A stretch of 64,000 nucleotides of DNA from Vairimorpha necatrix (Eukaryota), in the NCBI GenBank assembly GCA_036630325.1, contig CP142730.1, forward strand, positions 1,054,001-1,118,000, read 5' to 3'. Each line of letters begins with the position of its first letter. Position 1 is the stretch's first letter. The notes under the pieces are model-generated. The model did no database searches. It saw nothing but the letters and a program-made list of their open reading frames with translations, and was not told where the DNA came from. The position numbers were made by a program, and so were the translations under genes. Below are positions 34,771 through 48,100 of this stretch, in pieces.

Positions 34771-36437
34771 GATATGGGGTTAAAAAAAATTTATTTATAT
34801 TGAACAACTCGTTATGGGTGTAAACAAAAGCAAAATTATTATATTATTTTTGAATATGAATCATAAGAAAGAAACATTAAAATTGTGCTGTGTCATAATA
34901 TTGTAGACTAATTATTTGATAAATGTCAAACATGTCAAGTATTTAAATTACTAACGAAAAAATATTTGCTGAAAAATATAGAAAAAAGTTGAATATATGA
35001 AAAATACAGCAGCTCCGTATGAGCACCAGTGGACATATTATTACACATGTAAGGACTAGATTTTGAGGTACACATATATAAAACTAAGCTAACTCAAAAA
35101 TCATTATTTCTTTTTCTTTAAGTTATAACAAATACATTAAGATAAAAATTTTGGTTTTGGATATAATATTATTTTTTTAGTCAAAATAAGAGATTTTTTT
35201 TTATTGGTGTTTTATAATCTTATTTTGGTGCGAGACATAATGAAATTATTGTCATGTGTATTGATGTAAACAAACTTATTTTTGAAGCTAGAAGACTATA
35301 ATAGTGAATAGTACAAATAAGAAAATACTTACCAATATATTTAAATATCAATAAAAAATGAATAATTTAAAGTTATGTATTAAAGATGGGTTTGAAAATT
35401 ACATCAACAATGCAATGATTAAACAAAGTTTATATTTAAGACATCGTAAAAATTTGTGCAAGATTATAAAAATATAAAGTAACTTTTACTGTAAAAATTG
35501 TATTAACCTAAAAAACTTGATTTTATCGACAAGTATACTAAATATTTACATATCAAAGTAAATAAAAAATATAATTTTTTTGATAATAAAAGTATCTAGT
35601 GGGTTGAAAAATCTAAATATTAAAGATAACAGCGTTTTATATTACAACTACCATTAAATCGCACATTTCTGATAAATAAACGTTATCAAACTGTAGTTAT
35701 CGTTTTTAATCATCTTCCAGGGTCTTCAATAATTTAAAACAAAAAGAATTTCGTGTCTTAAAGAGATTAATGAATGGATCTTATTTTTATTTATAGATAC
35801 ATTAGAACTTTTACTATGTTTATCGAAAATATGATTCAACACAGACTATAAACCATAGTAATTGAAATTTTCATATGAAGATAGATGATTTGGAAAAAAA
35901 TTTAGACATGCAGCTTTTTCGTCCCAGACCATCTATTATTAAAAATTTTGTATGTTTAAAAATTCAGTAGTATATAAAATCGATTTAGTGGAGAGTGTGT
36001 TTCAAATAAAATACTTAAATTAATACTCGAGATACGTATTATTGATGTACATTTTCTAAAACTTTAATCAACATTGAAATAATAACTATTTAAGATTATG
36101 TATAGTACCGAAACATTGTAAAGATCCATCAAAAAGAAGAAAATGAAGATTTAGTATTAGTGGTAAAAATCGTGATATTTACGACTTAAATAACAAAAAA
36201 AACCATAAAATTATTTATTTTCTATGTTGACGAAAAATATGATAGATTTATACTGTATATAAATAGCAATGACGCTAAAACATATGTCTTTCATAGGCCG
36301 GATATATATATTTTAGAATTTTGACCTTAATAAATGCTAATGAAAATGAAAGTATCAATTATTTGACGACATAAACTAAAATATCCGACATTTCGACAAA
36401 TAATTTTTACCACATATCGATTTTCAAAAAATTAATT

Positions 36438-37058
36438 TTAAAAAAAATCTTTTTTAATTAAGTTGCTTCTTTTTTTGTAGTTCAAACTGATCATATTTTT
36501 ATTATCATTTAATTTCTGGTTTTTTGTATTAAGTTTTTTGTCTTTATAGTAGAGACCTGTTGAATAATCTTTTACATGTTTTAATATAAGGTATAACAGA
36601 AACAAAAAAACAATTAATAAAACTACATTGACCCCTAATATTATATAAATATTATCACTTAAGAAAGTAAATATACTTCCAGACATCCTGAACTCTTTCT
36701 TGGAATCTATATTAGTTTCAGCCGTTGTAGCATTTAATACTGAAGTTGATTCAATTGTTATTAGATTGTTAAAAAACGTTGTTTTTTTTAACGTAGCATC
36801 ATTGATAGTAGTTGATTTGATTGTAAAGTTGATAGTACTAAAGGTTTTGGGTGTTTATTCGGTTATAATATAATCTGTTGATCCTATGTTTGTAATTATT
36901 AGCGGTTAAGAGCCATGAATTCCCCGCAGTTTCCACGTTTTGTCGATGTTTCATGCTCTTGTTGAATTTTTTTTAGTTCTATATGTTACATTTCGACCAA
37001 ATATGCAAAATTTAAATATTTGTATCAAAGCATTATAAAAAAAACTTTTCATTTTCAT
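36438..37058 (-). pseudogene. Thr/Ser-rich single-pass membrane protein gene with three in-frame stops
   Basis: One 207-codon frame from ATG 37058, with stops at 36951-53, 36906-08 and 36855-57. The TM segment resembles that of 38770-39711. Confidence 0.7.
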
Positions 37059-38769
37059 ATTTTTGGCTTTATTTATAGAGGATAAATGTCATTAAAAGAA
37101 GATTTTAAGTAACTATGTTTTCCATACGATTCAAGACTAATTTTTTTCAGAAAAGATAGATATTACGAAAAGAGAAAATTTAACTGTGTCTTTTATTAAT
37201 GCTACGTTGTTGTATTTTTACTGCTCACTGATTGATTGTAGTAATTAGCAATTAAAAAGCCATTACAAATTTATTTTTTTGTTTACAACTCTTAAATCAT
37301 TGGCAGTTTTGTTACGCCATTCTACTCCTGTTAAGCCAAATACTAATTTACATCGTCCTTATTTTTTTTTTTGGAAAGAATGCTCTTTTATACAAGTCTT
37401 TTTGGAGGTGTGGTTTAGCACTTACGTGCATTACTTATTCTTTATTAATTTTTTCGGGGGGGGGGGTTTGTATGAATATTAAGTGTAGAATATGCCATTG
37501 GTTAAATACTCATTTAAATTACTGTACCCTTGACGTATTATATGTGACCAAGTCATGATATATGTATACATATTTGCGGAAATTAGCAGATTTGTTGTCT
37601 TAATGCATTTCATAGCATAAAAATATTTGAGCAAATCTCAAAGCATCATGAAATTTTATTTGCAGGTGTAAAATAATGCAATTTATTATTTAAAACGAAA
37701 CCAAGTAATTAAGATATTTATGTGATATCGGCATAAAAATTCTATCTTAGAAAAAAATTTAAAACATTATAAAATGTTTAATAGCATAAATGAGGGGTTT
37801 ATAGTAATATATCTTCGATTGCTAAAACAAACACAATTATCTTTAGATCTTTAAATTTGTCGTGATGATGGCAATATTTTCTCCGACTTACAGCTTTAAA
37901 ATTTTCTAAGCTAATTACATTGTAAAATGACTAAAAAATGAATTTAATAGCTACAATTGAATAATTTTTTATTACATCTTAGTTCGTGTTTATAATCAAC
38001 TTTGTATCATTAAACCCATTGCTTAATGCTCAATTTACCAAAAATATATTATATTTACTAATTGCCTTTTTAAATGATTATAGATTTGTTATTGATTTCA
38101 AAACGGTGTATAACTTCAATACAACTGAATTTGTACTTCGATTAATAAAGTTTTTTATACAAACAATCGTCTTAAAATCTGGGCATATACATAGTAATTA
38201 ACTTAAATACAACTATAGAATTTCATAAAATTTTTTAAACGCATTTATTTGATCATCATTTTTATGGTAACAATTAATAATACAACCATTTTATTCGTTT
38301 TAATCTTTCAGAATAAATCAAAACTATTAAATTGTTTCTTTAAAATCATATTTTTTGGTTAAAATGTAAATTTTTACTTCTTAGACAAGAAGATTGCTCA
38401 GACATATTTACTTGCTAATAATATAAAAATAAATTCTTTTAATACTTTGTATAAGGTGTGAATCATCTGTGATATTTCTATTACTATGTTCAATTTGAAT
38501 TGCCATTTTATATCGTACTTTGCAATATGTATTATACTTGATAAATTGGGTTTGTATTTATATATTTTATAAAAAACGTTCTAGACAATATTTTATGAGT
38601 CTAAGAACAAATGTATATGTCATTGAACTTTCAATGTTCTGCAAATTAATACTGCACATGCAAAAGGAAATACTACGTGTTTTACCTAATAACCAAAATA
38701 ATTGATAAATAAATGTAATAATTTACTTAATATAAAAATTTATCTTAAGTATTGTTTACAAAGGTTCGT

Positions 38770-39711
38770 TTATACTCGGATTTCATTTAATTCAATTTCC
38801 TCGTGAACTTTTTTAGGCTTGTTTTTTGAAACCCTTTTACAATACTTATCGACTCTTAAGTGTCTTCCTCTTAATGATCCGCATGCACTATTTATCTTCC
38901 AGTAAGCTATAGAAACTACAACAATAATTAAAAACGCATTAATTCCCATTAAAATATAAAAATTGTCATGGATAAATGTACTTAAAGCTTCGCCAATTTC
39001 GTAGGTGCTTTCATGATTTATCACAGTATTATTGTCTTCAATTGGCATATCTTCATAACATACTGCCTTTGATATTTGTCTTCTGTTTTCCTTTAAAACG
39101 TTAACAATATTTTCTTTCCCTTCTAATCCATAACAATTCTTGTTATGAGATATGAGTGTATTGCACATTCTATAGAGGATTCCAGGAATTTCTCCTATTC
39201 CCTTGAATACATAACATGTGTTTTTATATATAATGTCTTTAATCGCATTTTCCACCGACGAAGAAGCCTCTAGTACATCTTTAAAACATATTCCCAACGT
39301 ATTATAAAATCTTATTGTAATATCTACGATTTCATTAATAAAAATTTGCACAGAAAAATCAAATTTATCTAAAATAAAAGGGTCCCAAGCCTCAATTTTA
39401 AATTTTTGCTTAATTACAATCTCAAATACATTCTTCAATTCGTTTTTTACCTCAACAAAACTATTATCTGTATCATTGCTTTGAGCCATTCGTTTAAATA
39501 TAATATGTTCCGTTATACTTTTCCACACTATTTCAGCAAAATCCTGGATAGTCATCGGAGGTTGGCCTGTTATATTCGCAATTCCGTCATATGTACTGCA
39601 TAATTTATAATGATTGATATCATAAGAATCAATACTCATATTATTTTCAGTTGTTCTTATTATTGATATTAGTATTAAGATCAGATTAAAAGAATAAAAT
39701 AATAAACTCAT
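38770..39711 (-). CDS. Six-cysteine type I membrane protein family member (313 aa)
   Basis: Signal peptide, W..I..H.IF motif, YN.L..CFKD, NTCY, RMC, NCY, AVC, TM segment and basic tail. Confidence 0.88.
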   Translation of the reverse strand: MSLLFYSFNLILILISIIRTTENNMSIDSYDINHYKLCSTYDGIANITGQPPMTIQDFAEIVWKSITEHIIFKRMAQSNDTDNSFVEVKNELKNVFEIVIKQKFKIEAWDPFILDKFDFSVQIFINEIVDITIRFYNTLGICFKDVLEASSSVENAIKDIIYKNTCYVFKGIGEIPGILYRMCNTLISHNKNCYGLEGKENIVNVLKENRRQISKAVCYEDMPIEDNNTVINHESTYEIGEALSTFIHDNFYILMGINAFLIIVVVSIAYWKINSACGSLRGRHLRVDKYCKRVSKNKPKKVHEEIELNEIRV

Positions 39712-40365
39712 TAAAGGGTATAATATATTTTACTTAAAAAAGAATAGGATCATTCTATTTTTTTATATATTAAAAAAACTACTTTAAATTATATTAAAAA
39801 GTTATAAACTAGCTATTCCAATCTAACCATTTGTTTTCCATTTTTTTAAAACCCGGTCTAAAAATTTTGACTGAATTATATAAATCTTTAGAAAACCTTT
39901 AATTAATCAGCTAAATACTAAATAAGTATGTTGGATAATTATACGAGTTTTCGGTTTGTTTTTATATTTATATCAAATTTTGTGATTTTTACATCTATAC
40001 ATAATTATTTTCTCGGAATAAAATTATATGTATAGTTTATTGTTTTTTACTATAAATTAATAAAAATATAGTAGTATTTCAAATTTATAATGAAACATAA
40101 ATTGTAGGAATATTATAAAAACATGCCGTTTAGGATATTGGTTTTAAAGTAATTATTAAAAAAAAATAAGTTTGGTCTTGCTTGGTCATTTTATTTTAAA
40201 TAATTCTTGGAGCAAATTATAACAACTTTGATTTATATTATTAATAAAAATATAATAACAAGTATCATTTTCAAAATAATGTGATAATGATATAAATTTG
40301 AACATAGCGGTTTTCTATAGTCATTTGAGATGTAATAAATTTTTAATGAGACGTGGATTTTTTGC

Positions 40366-40988
40366 AGTGGATGACCGTTGGGAACCCGCAATGAAAATTT
40401 AAAATGACCATACACGATGTAAAAAAATAGCAAGATCTGTGAAAACAAAATTTATTGTAACATATGAATTTTATGGTGATAAATAGTTTTGAATATTTAA
40501 AATAGATGAAAACTTAATTGAAAAATGTAATAAAACAAAATCTGAGTGTGGCTACTCGTTCCTGTAGCTAAATAAAAACAGCTATTCTCTCGAGATAATA
40601 CAAGATGAGGGATTCCCGGTTCTATTGTAATCCTGATCAATGGAAAGAATACGATGCAGCATTTATACAAATTACAGTATAGAGCAATCTAACCGCGAAA
40701 CCTCTATAAACATTGTGCCTATAAGCAATCCTGAGATACATACCAACAAAATGAGAAATTTAAGTCTCTTTCCAGATATATCTTCTGTCTGTACATAAAA
40801 TAAAAATGACGAACACTATGAGTATTTTTTACAATTTATCTAGGCCTATAAATATCGAAAAATTGGCGTGTAAATCACCATATTTTATTTTTTAAGGTAA
40901 AATTTTAAGGTTCTTTTTTATTTTTCAACTGCTTTTCAATTTTCATTGCGAGTATATATTCTAATGGGGTTTTAAACGGGCAGGCACC
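40366..40988 (+). mobile_element. Old, decayed copy of the 61779-62486 TIR element
   Basis: ATGACCGTTGGGAACCCGCAATGAAA left end and a degenerate right end ...AAACGGGCAGGCACC. Shares the internal GAACACTATGAGTA and ATCAATGG. Confidence 0.7.
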
Positions 40989-43429
40989 TAATTATTATAT
41001 GATCATGTCTATTAATTTATATGAACTTACTGCACGTTAAAGTCTACAATGCTTCTTTTTATGTTTACTTCTGGTCTTATTAAAGTATAACGCATTAATA
41101 GAAAATTACGGAAGTACTAAACAAAATAAGCCTAATAATCATTTTCCGCTTTTGATAGCATTTAGAGTTTAGATATTGAACAATAAAATGAAGTACTAAA
41201 CGCAGAAAAAAAGCGCCTTAAGCACACGGTGTAATAACAAGCATAAAAGTTAAGTTTGGGTTGTCAAGTGTGCATACAAGACAAAAAATAACCGTTTTAC
41301 CCCCAATCAGAATTTTTTTTCTACTTATATAAAGTAAAAAATTAATGTCAAGCTTTTTTATACTTCAATATATCTAGACCTTATTTGGGCAGGGATCTTG
41401 TAATTTTTTCAAAGTTTGTGTGTTTTATTGCTTTGTCTTATTCCGTTTGACCTATAAACCAAAATATCTGTGACCGATTATACACACAGATTGTATTTTT
41501 TACCTATGCACATACATGCAACAAGATAAATTTTCGCTGTAACTTCTGTGACTTTACAGTTAAGATCCCTTTGTATCATTAAAAAAGATATAATATATCA
41601 CGCTCTTGTCGAGGTTGACTACTATGCGTGAGAAATATGTAAATTAAAAATCACCGTGATTTAATCGAAGAAAACATGAACCTTTTGCAAACGGACTGAG
41701 TCTAATACAAAAATCGGACAATAATAGTTCTTTATGGGATGAAGCGGAGATAAATTTAATGGAAAGTACATCATAGAGCAAACCCCCTATTATACGGCGT
41801 ATAGATCCAGCTTACTGTGCCAAAAAGACTTTAGAATATATCCATGTTACTAAAATACAAGGAAAGGAAAAATAATAAGAAGTATTGGTAGATCTGTAAG
41901 CGCACTATCTAAAAGAAAAGTTGATTTAGTAGGGTGGGGGAAATAGAACTAGACTTATACTAACATGCGTCAAAAGTATGCACATTATCATTGTATCTAA
42001 AATCTGCTGAAAGCACATTATCGTGCGGACACAGAAATATAGGTGTCATAGTTGATTGTAATATAGAAAAACGAGAAAATATAAATCAAGAAAGTTATTT
42101 TATTTATAAAATATATTAAAATGTTTACAAAAATATCTTGTTTTATATAGATACTAGTTTAGCTTTGATGTTGATATAGCGAGATTTGCGTAAATGTTAT
42201 AGCATTTTTATTTTGATTTACCAATATAGTTAGAAAATATAAGGAGAGGTATATTTTGGAAACAACAAAAAAATCATTAAATTTAACTTAAATAGAAAAT
42301 TGAATTATAACTTATCTATAAAATTCGGGGAATAACTTCATATGTTTTAAATTCAATTTCAAAAAATTCTTCTAACAAAATCTTGATGTTAATACTTTTT
42401 TCATTTTTGGCGAAATAGTTAAAAAAATCTTAAAGTCGATATTTTAAAACTGGTTTTTAGACAGATAATAATCAATAAAATGTATTAATATTTAATATAC
42501 TCACTTATTAATATTAAATTATTGCAAATAATTCATATTTAATTCTTCATTGAATAGATAAGTGCAAAAAATGATTTTTAAATTCAAAAGAACGGAAAAA
42601 GTGGTGATAGAAAATTAAATTTTTTTTTGTAATATAGTAGAACTATATAGATATTACAGCAAAATTTAGACATTTTGCTTATAGGAACTATTTGTATTGT
42701 ACAAATTTTTTTAATATTTTTTTAATTTATTAGATATATGAGTTGCATTTATTCCAAAAAATCTAAAAATGTAACTAAACTAAAAGTCTGATTATACTTA
42801 GTCACATTTTAGCAACCCACACTAATTAGATGCCGACTAAGCAACAAAATTATAAAAAATTATTTATTGAAAAGAGGGCCGTGTACCACACGCGTTTGTA
42901 AAGATTTTTGACAATAATCAATGTCTTAATTAAATTTAAACAAGGTTTTTTGGCACATATCTTTCTGAGATACAACTTTATTAAAGATAAATTTTAGTTA
43001 AGGTTTATATTTTTATCATCCATGTCCATAAATATGGATTTCTTTTAAAAAATTTTATTATTGTTTATGAAGTAAAAAAATCAAGATATGACAATATAAT
43101 ATGCTTATGTGGGATACCACAATTTTATATTATGATACAATGTCCATTATTAACATAGATGGAAGCTGTGTATACCTGTTTGAATATCGAATTATATTTA
43201 ATCATTTGTTCTTCAAAGTACTTCAAAAGCATTTTTAAGAAGTAATCAAAGGCAGAGATAGTAACTTAATAACTATAAAAAATTTAAAAACGTAAATTAT
43301 TAAGCACGGGATATAATATAAGATAAAAACTTTGCGAGTCAGGCTTCTGCCTAGCTGCTATAATGCTTTTTATTGAAAATGCTTTTATATTATAAACTTT
43401 CTCTGAGTGTTTCATTTCCTTTTCTCTTC

Positions 43430-43650
43430 TTACTTTCATGCCCCAGGTGTGTTTTTGCTTAAATAGTATAGAATGACCGTTTTGACATGTTTGGCTTCAA
43501 AAGTACAGTTGTAAAACATGGTAGTTAGGCCTTCACAAATTCTCCTGTCATATCTCGACAATATTGTTGTCTCTCCAGAGACCTGTCAAAACACATGTCA
43601 TTCCTTGGACAGGGCAAATCTCAGTATGCACCTAGGCTTGTACTCTGCAA
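43430..43650 (+). pseudogene. Possible fossil Ty3/gypsy RT fragment (different family)
   Basis: FMPQ.. followed by SYLDNIVVS..LDRANLS, resembling MPFG..YLDDILV..L..ANL. Confidence 0.4.
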
Positions 43651-43783
43651 AACTTTTTTTACAATATTCTCTAAGAAAATCATACATACTTTTCTATATT
43701 TATACAAAAATTAGCTTACGAATTTGTTTAAATAAAAAAATAAGTTAAAATTACATTTAATTTTTAATTGAAAAAAATTAGAA

Positions 43784-44758
43784 TTAATATTTAATCGAAT
43801 TTTCTTTTGATCCTTCAAACCAATTAATAAAATTATCAGCAGCTTTTTTTGCAGCCTTCAGTATCTTTGGAAGAATATTATAAGCGTGGATTAACAGAAA
43901 TGGCGTAACAACCCAGGAAGCCAATGTTTGATATAGATTCAATAACATAAAAATTAACGCGATGGTATTATTGTAGAGGCCCTGTGAAAGATCAAATTCT
44001 CTATATGTAAAAAAACCATTAACCCCGAAATTTATAACCGTTTCAATTGGGCCGAGTTTAAGCATTTGTCCCACAGCGCCCATACCAAAATCTATAATTT
44101 TTTTCCAAAGAGGTTTTTTAGGAGATTCTTTTATAACATTAGATTTATAAAAAACACATTTTTCTGCATTCTCCGCAAGCTCTTTGCTAAAATCTGCATT
44201 TTTATAGCTAGATAAATCATATTCCAGAGACACCAATTCTTCTTTATCGTTCAACTTCAATTTAATCTCATTTAAAATAAAATTTCTGATTTTCAGTTCT
44301 TTTGGAATTGAATCACTACCGGGGTTATCAAAAATATATAAAGAAATTTCATATGATTCAATTGTGAAATCTGCCATTTTTTCAACAAAAGATTTTTCAG
44401 ATTCAGTAAGATAATCGAATTTTACAGAATCTGGATCGATCAGATTTTTTTTTAGCAAAATGTAATCGTTAAAGGCGCGCTTCATTTTTTGTTGTTTTTC
44501 TTCGAAAGTACTTTCAGAGGTATTTTTTGCTAATAATTCTATTGTTTTATCATTTTCTACTATAGCTTCCCATACGACTTTTATGAATTCTTGCAAATCA
44601 GACATTTTTATAAAATTAAGTTTTCCGTTTTCAATTAATTCGTCGAATCGCCCGTTAATATTAAAATTGGATTTTAATATATCTACTTTGCTGCTGCTTG
44701 TTCTAACTAAATGTAGCATTAGATGCAACAATTGAAATAAACGGAGTGAGGATCTCAT
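43784..44758 (-). CDS. Divergent, Cys-poor member of the surface protein family (324 aa)
   Basis: Signal peptide; LQEFIKVVWEAI and FVEKMADFTIESY align with the family core; hydrophobic C-terminus with FTYREFD. Confidence 0.85.
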   Translation of the reverse strand: MRSSLRLFQLLHLMLHLVRTSSSKVDILKSNFNINGRFDELIENGKLNFIKMSDLQEFIKVVWEAIVENDKTIELLAKNTSESTFEEKQQKMKRAFNDYILLKKNLIDPDSVKFDYLTESEKSFVEKMADFTIESYEISLYIFDNPGSDSIPKELKIRNFILNEIKLKLNDKEELVSLEYDLSSYKNADFSKELAENAEKCVFYKSNVIKESPKKPLWKKIIDFGMGAVGQMLKLGPIETVINFGVNGFFTYREFDLSQGLYNNTIALIFMLLNLYQTLASWVVTPFLLIHAYNILPKILKAAKKAADNFINWFEGSKENSIKY

Positions 44759-45183
44759 TAAGGGGAAGAAAGAAAAAATTATCTAAATAAAAATTAATAA
44801 ATTTTGAAGTAGGAATTTAATATTTTTATAATGTTTATTAAAACTTCCAGAATCATATGATATTTGTTATTATTTGATTTTTTACTAATTCTTGTGCGTT
44901 TTATATTGAAGCCGCTAGGAATCAATTAAAATTACATCTTGTCGAATCTTTATATAACAATTAGAATTTATTAACTTGATTTAGAAATAATCAATTGTAT
45001 ACTTGGCTAATATTAGTAAACACTACTATAAACAAGTAAAATAATTATTGATGATCTATCAACATAAATAAAATGTTCAAATTTATGACATAAGGAAGTC
45101 AATTTTAGTGATAAATTGATTTGTTTTTAACCCATAAAAAAGAACATGTTTAAATTGAACAAAATTTTATTTTTTTTATATAT

Positions 45184-48100
45184 TGTTAACCATTTATTTA
45201 TTAAGGGTTCTAAACCCTACATCCCCCCTCCAGACGGGTAGTCTCTCCATCTTCTAAACAACTCTTCCTTATCTCTTTCAAATCATAATGCCTCTTTTTA
45301 ACAATTTTACCATCCAGTAGTCTCACAATATATGAATCATTTTCACTTATAGCTACGATCCTTCCGCGACCCGTGAATCTTCCCTTGTCTGTTTTCGCAC
45401 GTGTACCTAAATTTTCTCTCCTAGCGATTCTTACCTCTTGGCCTACTGTAAATGTCTCTCTGTGTCTTCTCTTGAACCGACCAGCATATTTTCCATTTTC
45501 ATCATTTTCAATTATAACTTCAGCAGTTTGATCTCTCCACGCTTCCATCGGCGTACATTTTATTGCTGTATGTAGTGTATTATTATATCCTTTGATTGCT
45601 CTTTCTATCTTTCCAGAAATATTCCCATCATTTTGCTTTATCAATGTCTCTCTTATAGTTCTGATGCATCTCTCGATTCTACCATTACTCCTATGAGCTT
45701 CTAAGCCCACTTTCCTATGTTTAATATCATTAATACTACACCATTCTTTAAATCTATTACTTACAAACTCTTTTCCGTTGTCTGTCACATATTCCTCTGG
45801 AAATCCATCTTCCCTTATCCACTTTTGTAATACCTCTATAACTTCACTACTCTCTTTACATCTCAAATTCGAACCCCACAACCTTCTAGTAAAGTAATCA
45901 ATACCCAGTAACACATACCTATTCTCTCCACCTATGTCCATTAAATCCAACGCCACTTTCTCCAATTTCTTTCTAGTTACTACGAAATCACATCCTCCTG
46001 TGTTTTTCCTATTGTTAATCCCACATATTTCACAATTCTTAATTACCTTATTAATATGATCTTTCATACCAGGCCAATACCATCTTTGTTTAATGTTATA
46101 ATAAGTGCCTTTGACACCTCTATGGTTTAACTCCTCATGTACTCTTGTTATTTCATGTTCTCTACTATCTAGGCTCAATATCTCTTTCACCTCACCTGTG
46201 GAAAATTCCCAATACTGTTTACCGTCCTTTTCTTTAATATGTTTCTGCTTTTTTCCCAATATTTGTTTTTCGATCACTTCTTTTCTCTTGTTGTCCTTTT
46301 CTTTTTGTTCATCCGAAACTTCTACCTGATCATACTGCCTACTTAACGCATCTGCATCTGTCATCAACTCCCCTTTCACATACTCTATTGTAAAGTCAAA
46401 CTCTTGTATCTGTTCTACCCATCTGTTTATTCTGTTATTATTGAAGTATGGCTTATTTCTGATCTCTGCTAATGCTTTATGATCCGTCATCAAATGAAAT
46501 TTCCTTCCTCTCAAATCACTTTCAAACTTCTTTATTCCAAAAAACACCGCCAACATCTCCTTCTCACTTATCGTATATCTTCGCTCGGTAGGAGTCAACA
46601 TTTTCGATGCCCATTGTATCGGAATCCACTCACCCTCTTTATTTTCTTGTAATAGAATTGCTCCGATCCCCGTATCACACGCATCAGTTCTTACTCTAAA
46701 TAGCTTTTTTCCGTCCGGAATCTTCAACTTTTTCATATCTCTCAAGCCTTGCTTCATATCCTCAAAAGCTCTTTCCATATCCTCCGTCCAATTCCACTTA
46801 ACATCTTTCTTTAAAGCCTCAGTAAGCCTTACTGTTCTATACGCATAGTTGGGAATAAAGTCTCTAAACCAACCAGTTAGTTCTAAAAATCTTCTTAACT
46901 CTCTAACATTCTCAGGTTTTCCATATTCCAATGTCTCCTGCTTTTTAATCTCATTCGGTCCCATGACCTCCCCATTAATTGTTACTCCCAGCAACATCAC
47001 CTCATCTTTTTTGTATTGTATCTTTGTTTGGTTTATTCTCAACCCACACTCTTTAAACTTTTTAATTACCCTCTCTAGTAACTCGTCATGCACTCTTACG
47101 TCTTTACCATGAATAACTATATCATCCATATATACTTCCCCGCCTTTACCTCTGAATTCATCTAAAACTCTGTTCATTACTCTCTGCATTATATGAGGCG
47201 AATTCTTAAACCCCATAACCATACTATTCCATTCGTATACTCGACCATTCACTTCAAATGCTGTTTTGTGCTTATGGTGCTCCTCAATCTCAATATGATA
47301 AAACCCTTCTTTTAAGTCGATAACCGTAAATACTTTTGACCCCTGTGTGGCTCTCATAATATCCTTAATTAACGGTAGTGAGTACGGGTCCTTGTCAACC
47401 AAATCGTTTAACGCCATCAAATTGCTTACCAATCTTACGTCCCCATTTGGGTTTTCAAGTGCTCTTATTGGACTCCTCCACTCACTTTTGGAACGTCTTA
47501 TAACCCCTCTATTTTCCAACTTATTCAAGTACTCCTCAAATTTCACCCTAAGGTAGTATGGCACATTCTGCCCTCTTTTCACAACCTTTTCACCTTGCTT
47601 AGTATTTATTGGACACTTCTCTCCTGTGAGATATTTTATCTTTTCTTCTGATTCTTTAAAAACTTCCGGATACTTTTCAATTAAATTTTCTAACTTATTT
47701 ACTGTTTTACATCTTTTCCCTTCATTGTTGATAATTGGTTCTTTCTGTAAAACTTGTTCCTTTTTAATTTTATATTTTTCCCTACCAGCTACACTTTCAT
47801 GACATTCTCTAGCGTAATGCCCTTCTTTCTTACATATAAAACATTTTGTAGTTTCTCTGATTTTTCTTCTTTTCCTATACATCCTAAGATTTTCTTTTCT
47901 TTCTTCCCTAAACTCTTTCAACACTTTATCCATAATCTCTTTAATCATTTCTTGTCTTTCTTCTGACTCTCTCTCAAATTCTGCTCCTTTTTGTAAGCCT
48001 TTATAAATTTCCTCCCAACTGCTCCTTCCGTCACAAAAATTTTCAAAAATATAATCCTGCAAGTTCGCAGATGCCAAATCCATAACATCTTTCCACTCAA

